NCBI GenBank assembly: GCA_946965045.2
Contig: OX337229.1
Location: forward strand, 3,162,001 to 3,226,000
Direction: 5' to 3'
DNA length: 64,000 bases
DNA from: Epithemia pelagica
Taxonomy: Eukaryota > Protista > Bacillariophyta
In this document: piece by piece, positions 20,758 to 30,452 of the stretch
How positions within the stretch are numbered: position 1 is the first letter of the stretch
Layout of the letters: every line of letters begins with the position of its first letter
Program-made: the position numbers and the translations under genes
The notes under the pieces: generated by a model
Database searches by the model: none
Seen by the model: only the letters and a program-made list of their open reading frames with translations
Told to the model about the DNA's origin: nothing

Positions 20758-23058
20758 GTGTTCTCACCCCCATGGCGCGTCCTCCAAATTTGGCGATTTC
20801 TCGGTGTTGATACAAAATCATTTGCACCTCAACGCCTTCACCGCGGATCCAAACTTGTGAGGCCAAGTGCATCAATCATGGACCCTTCCAACCCATTCCA
20901 ACGCTTTTCCCAGGAACCTAACACTATCGAAGAGCTATCTACGACGTCACTGGTACCTGCAACGAACCAATCTGTATCAACTGCAAACGTTCTATCGGCC
21001 CTCCGTCATAACAACAACGACGACAGTGATGACCATGCAACAAACTCCCATGAGCCCTCTATTCAACCCGTCCGACCCGCTTCCCCTACTCCTTCCAATG
21101 TCCCTTACGCCTTACCTCGACTCGAGCAGGCCATCTTGCTGTCCTTTACAGATTGGCATGGGAAAACAGCAAGGCCATGGCAAGTGAATGCTTGTGGAGA
21201 AGTGATCAAGCGCCACACCATCCAACCTACAGTCTCTCCCATCCTGCGTCCCGTCCTTCTTGTCCGCTCCACTGGTGGTGGCAAATCTGCGGTGAGAGAT
21301 GTATCCGGTTTCCTTTGCGGAGGGATATCAATAACTATTGTCCCTTTACTAAGCTTGGCAGCGGACCAGACTTCGAAGTTAACCCACCTGTCTCTGTCCC
21401 AAGGCCTCCATCACCGCCTTCGAGTGTTCAACCTTGATGTTATCCGGTCCGAGAAGCTGAATACCCTACTTCGCAACCATCTCGAACAACTATCAAGCAC
21501 TGACGCATCCAAAAAACGTGTTTTCTTGTTCACTTCCCCACAGAAAATCACCAACAATCCATTGTGGCAGCAAACCATTGCACGATGTTGTCACAATGGC
21601 TCTCTACGCCTGCTTGCGGTCGATGAGTGCCATTTATACGCGACACATGGGATGGAATTCAGAGCAGAATTTGCAGAGTTGCGAAAGTGTCTATTCAAAA
21701 CCATTACACGGCAATCAAAGATTCCCCTACCCGTGCTGTTTATGACAGCTACTGCATCATCTGCAATGGTGGAGGACTTACAAACGTTGACTGGATTGAG
21801 GTTTGATGTCACCCAAGATCTTATCTGGCCCAATCGTCATTCTGGCGTCCACCGCCGCAATATTTGTCTCGATTTGTCGTTCAAGGATACTGCCCTTAGA
21901 CGGATCAAGGCAGAACTCATCAAAACATGTCAATCACCAAATGGCCAAAAGATTATTGTTTATTCCAACTCCCGGAAGGCAATCCAAAATCTACATAAAA
22001 ACTGCCGCGCGGAGCTTAATCGCCTTGCCATTCAAAAAGATATTCTCTTGGTGCATGGAACAATGTTCAGGGAACAAAAGTTCCATCACACCAACCTCTT
22101 CGTTGGGAAACCATTATCTGACGAATGTCCCTCGACGGGACGCACATTGCGGTTTGATCCTATTGCACTGTTCGCAACTGCCGGAACTGCAAGTTCCGGG
22201 ATCGACTGTGCTGATGTACACAAAGTTATTTTTCATGGAATTCCCACCAGTCTCCAAGATCTACTCCAATGTTCTGGCCGTTGTGGCCGGAGTCCTACGG
22301 CGACTCCTGCGGATTCCTCCTTCACCATTATATTCTCCTTCAATAGTCTTGTGTCCCTAATGACACGAATCTTCATCATTCCTAAATATGAGGAATCACA
22401 GAAGAACAAGGATTCCAATACAAGTACAAGCAACAATGACCAAGACAGCAGCAGCCTCCATTCAAAGCCCTCTGCCATCAATACTCTTTCTTTTGATGCG
22501 CTTGCCACACGCCACTGGACTAATCTTTTGCCTGTTCTTTCCTTATTATGTCTCAACAAAGGTGGTTGTATTCATTATCAGCTGGAGCAGGCCATGCTAC
22601 ATCCATACCATGAAAAGGTATGCGACATGGCAGTTTGCTGTGATGGTGCGTGCTGGCGATGTGCAAGCCCTCGAGTTTCGACTCCATTGGACGGCCGAAT
22701 CGACAAAGACGCGTTGCAGGACTATTTTGTGCAGATCTTTATCACAAGGAAGCTTTCCCCAGCAAAGCTTTCACTGCATAAGGAATGCTTCCTTAACGAG
22801 TTGCTACAGTACGAAACCTTGGGACCCGACGGTGAACCAACCAAAGTGTTTGCTAAAAGGGTATTCCGTTTGAAGGACAAACGAGCAGCACGTCAGCGTG
22901 CCAAAGCCTTACTCCTAAAATGTTTTGCCTCTGAAATCCTCCAGCCTGAGATCGATGGCTTTCAACTAAGAGCCAAACTGGGTTACTATGCGACAGGAAA
23001 CCCATGGATGAATTGCGAAGAGGTTTGGGCTGGATTCAACCTCTTCCCTTCTACTTAA
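20758..23058 (+). CDS. RecQ-like SF2 DNA helicase (element-encoded; true start may be ATG 20878)
   Basis: Motif I RSTGGGKS, Ia IVPLLSLAADQ, II AVDECH, III MTAT, V ASSGIDCADV, VI QCSGRCGR, and a C-terminal Cys cluster. Confidence 0.9.
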   Translation: MFSPPWRVLQIWRFLGVDTKSFAPQRLHRGSKLVRPSASIMDPSNPFQRFSQEPNTIEELSTTSLVPATNQSVSTANVLSALRHNNNDDSDDHATNSHEPSIQPVRPASPTPSNVPYALPRLEQAILLSFTDWHGKTARPWQVNACGEVIKRHTIQPTVSPILRPVLLVRSTGGGKSAVRDVSGFLCGGISITIVPLLSLAADQTSKLTHLSLSQGLHHRLRVFNLDVIRSEKLNTLLRNHLEQLSSTDASKKRVFLFTSPQKITNNPLWQQTIARCCHNGSLRLLAVDECHLYATHGMEFRAEFAELRKCLFKTITRQSKIPLPVLFMTATASSAMVEDLQTLTGLRFDVTQDLIWPNRHSGVHRRNICLDLSFKDTALRRIKAELIKTCQSPNGQKIIVYSNSRKAIQNLHKNCRAELNRLAIQKDILLVHGTMFREQKFHHTNLFVGKPLSDECPSTGRTLRFDPIALFATAGTASSGIDCADVHKVIFHGIPTSLQDLLQCSGRCGRSPTATPADSSFTIIFSFNSLVSLMTRIFIIPKYEESQKNKDSNTSTSNNDQDSSSLHSKPSAINTLSFDALATRHWTNLLPVLSLLCLNKGGCIHYQLEQAMLHPYHEKVCDMAVCCDGACWRCASPRVSTPLDGRIDKDALQDYFVQIFITRKLSPAKLSLHKECFLNELLQYETLGPDGEPTKVFAKRVFRLKDKRAARQRAKALLLKCFASEILQPEIDGFQLRAKLGYYATGNPWMNCEEVWAGFNLFPST

Positions 23059-23091
23059 TCTGTATTACTGAGACGTTTAAAATAAAAATAA

Positions 23092-26000
23092 TTACGTTAA
23101 TGCGTTCCTGAACTGTTCTAAAGCCTCCAATGATCGATCCAACACACAATCTTGATCGTCATCCTCCGACATGGGATCCATCCATCCCAAACTATCCCCA
23201 TCATCCTCCATTTCTTCCAGCCTTACGTACAACTTGTATCTCAGAAAATGATCTTCTCTCTCCTTTCGTTCGACATCCTTCCCTCTAGCTGTTATAACAT
23301 TCTTCTCGGCTATTTGCTCGAGTGCCATTGCAACAACATCTTTTGATGCTGTTGCGTTCATAGGAACGACCTTCATCCCTTTCACTGCAGCCTTTTCTCT
23401 CAGTCCGTCGACTTGGTCCTTTGCAACACTGTCCTCTCCTTCTTTGGTCTCGTCGTCTTCCTGTGACGTACCATCTGCAGCATCCTCATCACCTTCGAGC
23501 GAATGAGTATCCTCAACATCCTCTGGTTCTTCCATTAATTCTGCTGCTTCCTCTTCTATAATATCTTCGATTTGGGTTTCTGGAACCTGTTTGTCGTCCT
23601 CTGCGATCTGTTCATCGTCGTCTTCCAACACGGTTACTTCTTGGCTATTAGTACAGCATTCTTTGTCATTCTCCCCCTCGTTGTCCGATACAATCTCAAT
23701 ACTTGGTTGGGTACCGTAAATTGAGGTATCATCCAGCATTTCAACAACAGCAACTGATTCGTTTTCGCTAAAATAGGAGCGATCTCCCAATGACGCTTCC
23801 GCATCCTGGTCTTTCATGGCCTTAGTCAGGTCTATTTCCTCCTCATTTTCATTCTCTTCAACCTCCATAGTATCTGCCTCATGGTCGTCACGGGCGGTGT
23901 CTTCACTTACGCCTTCATTCTTTGCCTTCGAAAGGGGACCCATCATTGACTGCGCCTGACACAAGACATATTGGTGGGTAGTATCTGCCTCGGCCTTACC
24001 ATCGCCACCGCAGCGTCGCAGCTTCTTCTGAACTTTGAGAGTGGTCATATCCAGGGCTCTCCAAAAATGATCGTGATCGATTACGATGCAAGCATCACGA
24101 GGGATTTCATGACATTTTGCCAGAACAAGCAATTCCATCACCAATACCCGGTTTACTTTACTCTTCGGATGTGTTGTACGTTTGTTTCTCTGGCCAGGGT
24201 CAGCAAGTGCTTCATCACTATATTTGGTCATATTCTCAGACTTTCCCTCTTCCTTCACACGTTCTGCAAGTTCTGCCAAACCATCCGATCGATTACGGGT
24301 GTAGAACTCTACAAAATGCTTAGCCCGCTGACAAGCAGTAAGCATTTGCGAGACCTTGATAAACGACGCTTCGGTTCCAAGATGGTTCATGCCCTTGAAA
24401 AAGGGCATGAGCCTCTCCATGATCTGATCTAAGGCGCTTTCCTTCTGGAAGGCAGATGGCACACTCCCGGGCTTTTGTCGTTTGGTTCTGTTCAATCGGA
24501 GCTGTTGCAGAATTGAAATAGGAATTCCATGGTAATATACCTCCATAAGGCGAATCTGTGTATTGAATGAGTTCCGCTTGCCTGTAATGAAGAAGTAAGG
24601 CAAGTACTCGACGACCATGGCCTCCATTGAGATGGCATCACCATGTTGTTCCGCGTCAAGAAATCTCATATACTTCTTACAGATCAACAGGAAGTTGCAG
24701 ATGTACCGCCTCAGCCAGTAGGGACTCTCCCGAACCTCCTGGTTCAAGAAGGCCAAATATGTCTTGGCGAGGTAGACAGCCAGTTCCTCTCCGCCATTTT
24801 CACCTTTCGGTAAGTCGTCGAGTTTTTCCTGCTTGATGGAATTGCAAACCAATACATCGAGCATAAGTCGGTCTAGCTCTTCGTAGACTATTGCAACCAA
24901 CCGGTGACAGAGTCTGTAACTATTTGATACGTCAACCGGGTCGAGTTGCTTCCATTTTAACCTGTGCTGAAAGCACTGCAAGAATCCACCATAGAAAAGT
25001 CTGTAGATGGATTCTAGCATGTGAAACCTGACGTGCAGATCTCCTGTAACGGGCACAACTCGGTGTATCACACTGGATATTGCCATGGCTTGGCGATAGG
25101 CCTGTCGGAAGGATACTGTTTTCGAATCTGTTATCGCCATCACGTCATCGAAAAATTGGAAGATACGATCGATGGACAAGCCATCACCAACAATAAAGAG
25201 CCATTTATCCATCCATGAAGCACCGGGTTTGTAGATGTGATTTGCTTCATCCCATTCCAGTAGACCATGGAGGTTCATAAAGTCAAGGACTACCCCGGAC
25301 GCTCCGACTTTTGTCGTTTCGTCTAACACAGATACTGGTAGCATCAACAGCTCTGCAACGGGGGGGAGGTGCCGCCACGTTCGAACTACTTGCGACGGAA
25401 ACTGTCGTGCCATTGTGAATATGTTAGTATCGCGATTCTTTCGGAGCCGGTTCATGGAAATATTTACTGTCGCTCGTTTGGGGCACATGGCAAATTGGAC
25501 CGGCTGCATTGTGTAGTAGACGTCTTGTCCTCTACGCCCGAGGGACAGGCAACGTTTAATGGTACGCAATTCAGCGCACCATGAAACCATTTGGACGTAA
25601 GTCCGTACACGAGTTCCCGAGCAATCAAAAGGATTTCCATCGCGTTCTAGGTCTGATCTGTATGTACCACGGAATACCGAAGCAATAGTCTCGGTAAGAG
25701 AAACATGGGTACCATTCCGATTCAATTCGAAGGCGGGCATGTGGTATGGCGCCGGAATATCTTGTTGGATGTATGTCATGACCGGTCGGGAAAGAAATGA
25801 ATATACCCATGAAGGTAGCCTTTCAAGGTACATTGCCATGACAAATCTGGCTGTCACTCTCGTGTAGATTGTACTTTGTCCACTCTGAAACTGTAGTCGC
25901 CGACCGTCCTGCAGATTGTCAAACACCGCAAGAAGAGTCGTGACGTTTCTCAACGATCGTCGGACCTTGTTATCGTAGGTTCGAAGGCATTTGGCAACAC

Positions 26001-28299
26001 GCCGTTCCATCGTTCGTTTAGAGACTGCAATTCCAAACCAGATTGGAATCTGTAGAGCTAGCATGCCATGCCCACAAGCATACTGGGCCAAGGAGAATAT
26101 CATGCCAAATGGGACAAGCAAATGGTTGTTGTGTTTTCTGGCTCGGACAACGAATTGAAACAAAGCGTCAAGGGAGTAGCGTTTTTGGAGGAATCGCTTG
26201 TCTGTGGACGGTGCATCGTCTATCTTTTTCGTGTAGCCGCTCATACCCATTATTGCATTAAATTGTTGAGGAAGTCGTTGCTCAAATTGCGTCGTCAACT
26301 CGCGCAGCTCGTACTCCGAGAGGAATTTTTCGAAAATATTGTTGAATCGTCCGAAGCAGTCGTCGAGTCGTTTGTTCAACTTTTCGTCCAAGATTTTGCA
26401 AAACTTTGGAACTATTTCGGAATCGACGAGAGGGGCAGGCACAAAGGACTGTAATGCTGCTTCTTTCTGAATGGCAGCGATCTTCTCTTCATATTCCACT
26501 TTCGTCTTAGAAGCATCCTCTTGGGCTTGTAAACGTTCCCATACGCTCTTCAACTCGGCCATCATGTACCTGTCACCTTGAGTTTCTTGTATAAGTCTGT
26601 GAAACAGGGTCAGACGATCGTCGCCCTTTCCTTTCATTTGTTTGAAAATGGTCATCCAACTACGCTCAGGATGATAGTCGGCCTGTATAAACACGCCTTG
26701 TGGATAGGTATACAACTCGAACCACGAGATCAGTTTTTGAATACAGTCTCGAGGTGGGAAGGCAATGTTGCAATCAATGGCAGAGAAGACAGGAAAGCGA
26801 AGGTAGATCCCGTTGTGGTTGAACTCAGACATTGCTTCCATGACTTGATCGTAGGTTTTCACGCCCTCCTCAGTTATTTTCTTTTTCGTCGCTTGATTAT
26901 TGTCAACCCATCCAGACAATTGCTTGTAAGGCCGTCCTTGACAAGAAACAGTCGGCAAGAATTCGGACTGACATGTTTCTCGCCAAAGAGTCAACAACCG
27001 CTTGCTATACCGTGGAGGAAGGAGGGATTCGTCAAAAAAAAGAACAATCGCGGTCTCCTTTTCCAAGAACCATATATCCTCAAGGAGTAGAGTCCTCAAT
27101 GAAAAGGACGTGACCACATGTATTTGATTGTTTTGTTCGTTCGGTGAATCGGGCAATGCTGCTGTTTCGGTAGTAGAGGAAGGTTCTACGGAATCACTTC
27201 GTTTCCTTTTGGTGCTTGATAGGCGATTGTAGCGACGTTGTTTGTTTGTTCCGGTCGTTGACCGAGATACACCAGCCGTGAAGTTTTTGGCTTTTTGCAT
27301 AAGTTGCGAACAATGGTTGGAAGCCAATGAGAGAGCTTTGGGGTTGTCCGCCGTAGGAGCAACAATGATCAAAGGTGGATGGAGCTTGATGGATTGTCCG
27401 GGGTTTAGGCAAGGGAGGGGTGGTTGCTTACGCAGAGGAAGGAGGTACGTCCCCTCTGTAATCTGTCTCACACTGACTTTCAGGTTTGGGTATTTCGCCT
27501 GTTGAGGGTGGACTCGTCCTTGCACAGGTACAGATGGTGTGGTAGGCGGTAGGCCATTGTTGGTAGAAGGTTCAGAAGGAGGGGGAACGGCCGTTGCAAC
27601 TGTGTACTCGGATGCAATCTCAGTGTTGTTGTTTGTTGCCGTAGCAGAATCGTTGTTGGTGTTGTTTGTTGTGTCGGGAGCGTTGTTGCTTCTTTCTGGT
27701 TGGTTGTTGGCCTCAACCGCTCGTGACATATTCAAAGGCTTTGGCGGCGAAGATTGAGTACCAAACTCGATTTGTCCAAATGAATGACGACGGTGTAGCA
27801 GGTTGAAGGACAATGAAGAGGCACCTCTACGGCTTGGTGGAACGGTAGCGGTCCAAGCAACATCAGGCGAAGGGCGGTCGGGATTATCTTGGGATGGCAC
27901 AGAATGGTATCTAAAGCGGAGACGATGTGGCGCGGGTTGGGTTCGCTCCGAGGGAATCGTTGAGAGCAAACTAGCAGCGGCACTGTCAAGGAAGCCTGAT
28001 GGTTCTGATTTCTCTTCGTTTGCGTCCACGCGTCCTGCTGCTGCATTTGCCGATGGGGTTTCGTAGAGAGGAAGAGACGACGTGGTCACTTGGACAGATG
28101 AAGGGAAGGGAAACGGATTGGATGGGGATGCTGATGGAGGATTCAGCTGCTGTGATGATGCGTTTTGAGTTTTGGCGATGCTGTTGCTTCTGCCTTCTTG
28201 CGTTGACGTTTGGGATGCTCCCGGTACACCTTGCGCCGCAAAAGCTCTTCGTGCTTGCTTCTGAGAGAGGCGGTGCTTTCGGTGGGAAGATGAAGACAT
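23092..28299 (-). CDS. 1735-aa DUF6589-like protein, putative transposase of the element
   Basis: Uninterrupted ORF with AVFDNLQ, FIVGDGLSIDR, VTGDLHVRFHML, GDAISM..YFFITGK and LDQIMERL, similar to DUF6589 signatures as I recall them; acidic C-tail. Confidence 0.7.
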   Translation of the reverse strand: MSSSSHRKHRLSQKQARRAFAAQGVPGASQTSTQEGRSNSIAKTQNASSQQLNPPSASPSNPFPFPSSVQVTTSSLPLYETPSANAAAGRVDANEEKSEPSGFLDSAAASLLSTIPSERTQPAPHRLRFRYHSVPSQDNPDRPSPDVAWTATVPPSRRGASSLSFNLLHRRHSFGQIEFGTQSSPPKPLNMSRAVEANNQPERSNNAPDTTNNTNNDSATATNNNTEIASEYTVATAVPPPSEPSTNNGLPPTTPSVPVQGRVHPQQAKYPNLKVSVRQITEGTYLLPLRKQPPLPCLNPGQSIKLHPPLIIVAPTADNPKALSLASNHCSQLMQKAKNFTAGVSRSTTGTNKQRRYNRLSSTKRKRSDSVEPSSTTETAALPDSPNEQNNQIHVVTSFSLRTLLLEDIWFLEKETAIVLFFDESLLPPRYSKRLLTLWRETCQSEFLPTVSCQGRPYKQLSGWVDNNQATKKKITEEGVKTYDQVMEAMSEFNHNGIYLRFPVFSAIDCNIAFPPRDCIQKLISWFELYTYPQGVFIQADYHPERSWMTIFKQMKGKGDDRLTLFHRLIQETQGDRYMMAELKSVWERLQAQEDASKTKVEYEEKIAAIQKEAALQSFVPAPLVDSEIVPKFCKILDEKLNKRLDDCFGRFNNIFEKFLSEYELRELTTQFEQRLPQQFNAIMGMSGYTKKIDDAPSTDKRFLQKRYSLDALFQFVVRARKHNNHLLVPFGMIFSLAQYACGHGMLALQIPIWFGIAVSKRTMERRVAKCLRTYDNKVRRSLRNVTTLLAVFDNLQDGRRLQFQSGQSTIYTRVTARFVMAMYLERLPSWVYSFLSRPVMTYIQQDIPAPYHMPAFELNRNGTHVSLTETIASVFRGTYRSDLERDGNPFDCSGTRVRTYVQMVSWCAELRTIKRCLSLGRRGQDVYYTMQPVQFAMCPKRATVNISMNRLRKNRDTNIFTMARQFPSQVVRTWRHLPPVAELLMLPVSVLDETTKVGASGVVLDFMNLHGLLEWDEANHIYKPGASWMDKWLFIVGDGLSIDRIFQFFDDVMAITDSKTVSFRQAYRQAMAISSVIHRVVPVTGDLHVRFHMLESIYRLFYGGFLQCFQHRLKWKQLDPVDVSNSYRLCHRLVAIVYEELDRLMLDVLVCNSIKQEKLDDLPKGENGGEELAVYLAKTYLAFLNQEVRESPYWLRRYICNFLLICKKYMRFLDAEQHGDAISMEAMVVEYLPYFFITGKRNSFNTQIRLMEVYYHGIPISILQQLRLNRTKRQKPGSVPSAFQKESALDQIMERLMPFFKGMNHLGTEASFIKVSQMLTACQRAKHFVEFYTRNRSDGLAELAERVKEEGKSENMTKYSDEALADPGQRNKRTTHPKSKVNRVLVMELLVLAKCHEIPRDACIVIDHDHFWRALDMTTLKVQKKLRRCGGDGKAEADTTHQYVLCQAQSMMGPLSKAKNEGVSEDTARDDHEADTMEVEENENEEEIDLTKAMKDQDAEASLGDRSYFSENESVAVVEMLDDTSIYGTQPSIEIVSDNEGENDKECCTNSQEVTVLEDDDEQIAEDDKQVPETQIEDIIEEEAAELMEEPEDVEDTHSLEGDEDAADGTSQEDDETKEGEDSVAKDQVDGLREKAAVKGMKVVPMNATASKDVVAMALEQIAEKNVITARGKDVERKEREDHFLRYKLYVRLEEMEDDGDSLGWMDPMSEDDDQDCVLDRSLEALEQFRNALT

Positions 28300-28748
28300 T
28301 GATAAGGTCGTTCACAGGCACCGTACCTCGGCCACCGTAATGAATGTGGTGAGATAATATGTGTGGTTTGGGATTTTGTATCAACACCGAGAGCTCAGGA
28401 TCGCGCCATGGGGGTGAGTATACGAAAGCCCTTTTTAAGTGCGACTCGTACCTCGCCCGGCGCTGGGGGGTACTTTTGCTGTGTGTGCTGTGTGCTGTGT
28501 GCGGCGTGATGCGTGATTCAAAGTTCAAAGGTCTTCTGCCTTTTGTACCGCAATCGCAGGGCGATCGGAACAAGGCAGGGCGGGGAGCAGATTCTCTTTG
28601 GCCACGCAAGAACACATACGGCAATTGGCAATGGCAACCAACACATTTCAGCCATCACAATCGGACTGATCAGAAACACCACAATATTCATCACTGTGTC
28701 ATCTTTACAAAGTTTTGTCCTTAAGTAAAGGAATTGTGAGTCAAGAGG

Positions 28749-29039
28749 ATGTCGAAAGTGAGCTTGGGCACGCGAATAGCTGACACTCTCAACAAAGCCG
28801 TCGTCACGGGCCTGATTGGCTACACTGGTTTTCTGTTGTATCAAATTGGGACAAATGTGTATGAACACCAGACAACATTAAACTCTCCACCTGAAGAATC
28901 GAAATATTTCGAAGATGTGAAGGCCAAGATTATCGAGCAGCAGGAGAACGACGCCCGGGTTGATGGTGCGGATGCATACCGGGACGAGAACTATGTCAAG
29001 AAGCAGGTGCAAGCTAGCCAATCATTTCAAAAGAAGTAG
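28749..29039 (+). CDS. Small single-TM protein, possibly COX14-like cytochrome c oxidase assembly factor
   Basis: 96 aa. TRIADTLNKAVVTGLIGYT resembles the Cox14 N-terminal pattern. Confidence 0.5.
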   Translation: MSKVSLGTRIADTLNKAVVTGLIGYTGFLLYQIGTNVYEHQTTLNSPPEESKYFEDVKAKIIEQQENDARVDGADAYRDENYVKKQVQASQSFQKK

Positions 29040-29420
29040 AGGAGTTTCTTCTCTTCAACGAAGTGTGGATAAGCTTCAGCAAACAAGAGCGAAATTCCTG
29101 TAATGCTGGTGTTTATCCACTGCATAACTCTTTTTATACATAATTGAGTATGTATTCGGAATAACAAACGGGATCGTTGTGTTCGGCACTACGCCATCCG
29201 GTTCACCTAGGAAGCAACTGGAAAACCTAAATAGAAAACTTTTCAATCGATCTCTTTATTTCTTTATATGCCATGAATGTCGGCTTAACGGCGTTAAACC
29301 CCAGCCCTGATGATGATATGTTGATAATATAGTACCCCACAGCAACTCTGTGAAAAGAACCGCGTCCGCAACTCTTTTACGGTTTTACGCAAAAGAACTG
29401 ATGGGAGATTTTTCGGTGAC

Positions 29421-30452
29421 TCAACTACTCTTGTAGTTGAATAGATTAGCAACCACAATGGTGGTGTCGTCGATGACCTGTTCTTCGTGCATCCACCGTG
29501 TCGCAGCTTCAGTGACCAAAACATCGACGGCGTCGGTTGGACCGGCCTGTGCATCGACAAGCTCCACGGTTTCTTGGTTGTCAACGAACTCCCACAAACC
29601 ATCGGTCGCAACAACCAAGAAGCGATCCGTTGCTGGATTCAATTCGTACTCCGTAAATTCAGGATCAGAAATGACACCGGCCGAGTGTGCAACCACATCG
29701 CCCAACGAACGACTCATGGCCAATCCAGGGATGTCCATGTGACCCAACCACACACGAGGAGGTCCATCAATTCCATCGTCGTATTCAACGGCGAAAACAC
29801 GACCACCGCATGCTAAGATACGCTCCTTCTCCTTTGGCGTGTCAGGCTTGTGGTCGAACGTAATATCTTGAGCAACCAGGCGGCCATGTTCTTCTTTCGC
29901 CATGATCACTCTAGAATCTCCGACATTAACGCCTGTCAAAGTATTTCCGCGCACAATTGCCATGGAGAGCGTCGTTCCACTAAACTCAGAGTCGATACGG
30001 TAGTTTCGAAGCATGTTGCGTTCGACCTTCGCGATCGCGTCGGAGCACGATTTCTTAAGGTCTGTCGTCCACGTAGGATGATTAAGCAACTCCGGGATCA
30101 ACTGGTCACGGAATGTTTGAGATACACCATCGCCATGTTCACCGTGTCCGTCCAACACACACAGAACCAAAGTGTTTGTACTGGGATCGTCAGCCATGAT
30201 CAAGGCATCCTGGTTCTTTTTCCGAGGATTGTAAGGAGCGTGTCCCTTCTTGGAGACACCCGAATACTCTGTCACAGCACATCGCACTGCTGACTGAAAC
30301 TTGTTTTGATGCGGGGGATATTGCTCCGGTTGTTGGACCGGTTCCTCTTGACGCGTATTAGCGCCTCCGTCAACATGTTCCGCCGCGCCAGAGCTTCCTG
30401 TTACTGTCAAACGGCGGCGCATCTTCTGGAAAGGTTTACCAATGGCTCCCAT
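29421..30452 (-). CDS. Protein phosphatase 2C family
   Basis: NQDA, VLDGHGEHG, SGTT, NVGDSR, DHKP, LAMSRSLGD, VATDGLWE and DDTT. Confidence 0.95.
   Translation of the reverse strand: MGAIGKPFQKMRRRLTVTGSSGAAEHVDGGANTRQEEPVQQPEQYPPHQNKFQSAVRCAVTEYSGVSKKGHAPYNPRKKNQDALIMADDPSTNTLVLCVLDGHGEHGDGVSQTFRDQLIPELLNHPTWTTDLKKSCSDAIAKVERNMLRNYRIDSEFSGTTLSMAIVRGNTLTGVNVGDSRVIMAKEEHGRLVAQDITFDHKPDTPKEKERILACGGRVFAVEYDDGIDGPPRVWLGHMDIPGLAMSRSLGDVVAHSAGVISDPEFTEYELNPATDRFLVVATDGLWEFVDNQETVELVDAQAGPTDAVDVLVTEAATRWMHEEQVIDDTTIVVANLFNYKSS

Larger units (their letters stand above)
20701..28472. mobile_element. 7,772-bp TIR DNA transposon with 10-bp target duplication, encoding a RecQ-like helicase and a DUF6589-like protein
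   Basis: Left end TACCCCCAAGCACCGGGTGAG versus right end (reverse complement) TACCCCCCAGCGCCGGGCGAG, 18/21 identical. CTTTTGCTGT flanks both ends (20691-20700 and 28473-28482). Exact 17-bp and 21-bp subterminal inverted blocks are also present. Confidence 0.9.

Noticed and set aside
28715-28724. CC|TTAA as a Kolobok-type right end for the RecQ element
   Set aside because: There is no matching TTAA|GG left end; the TACCCC TIRs with a 10-bp duplication explain the boundaries better.
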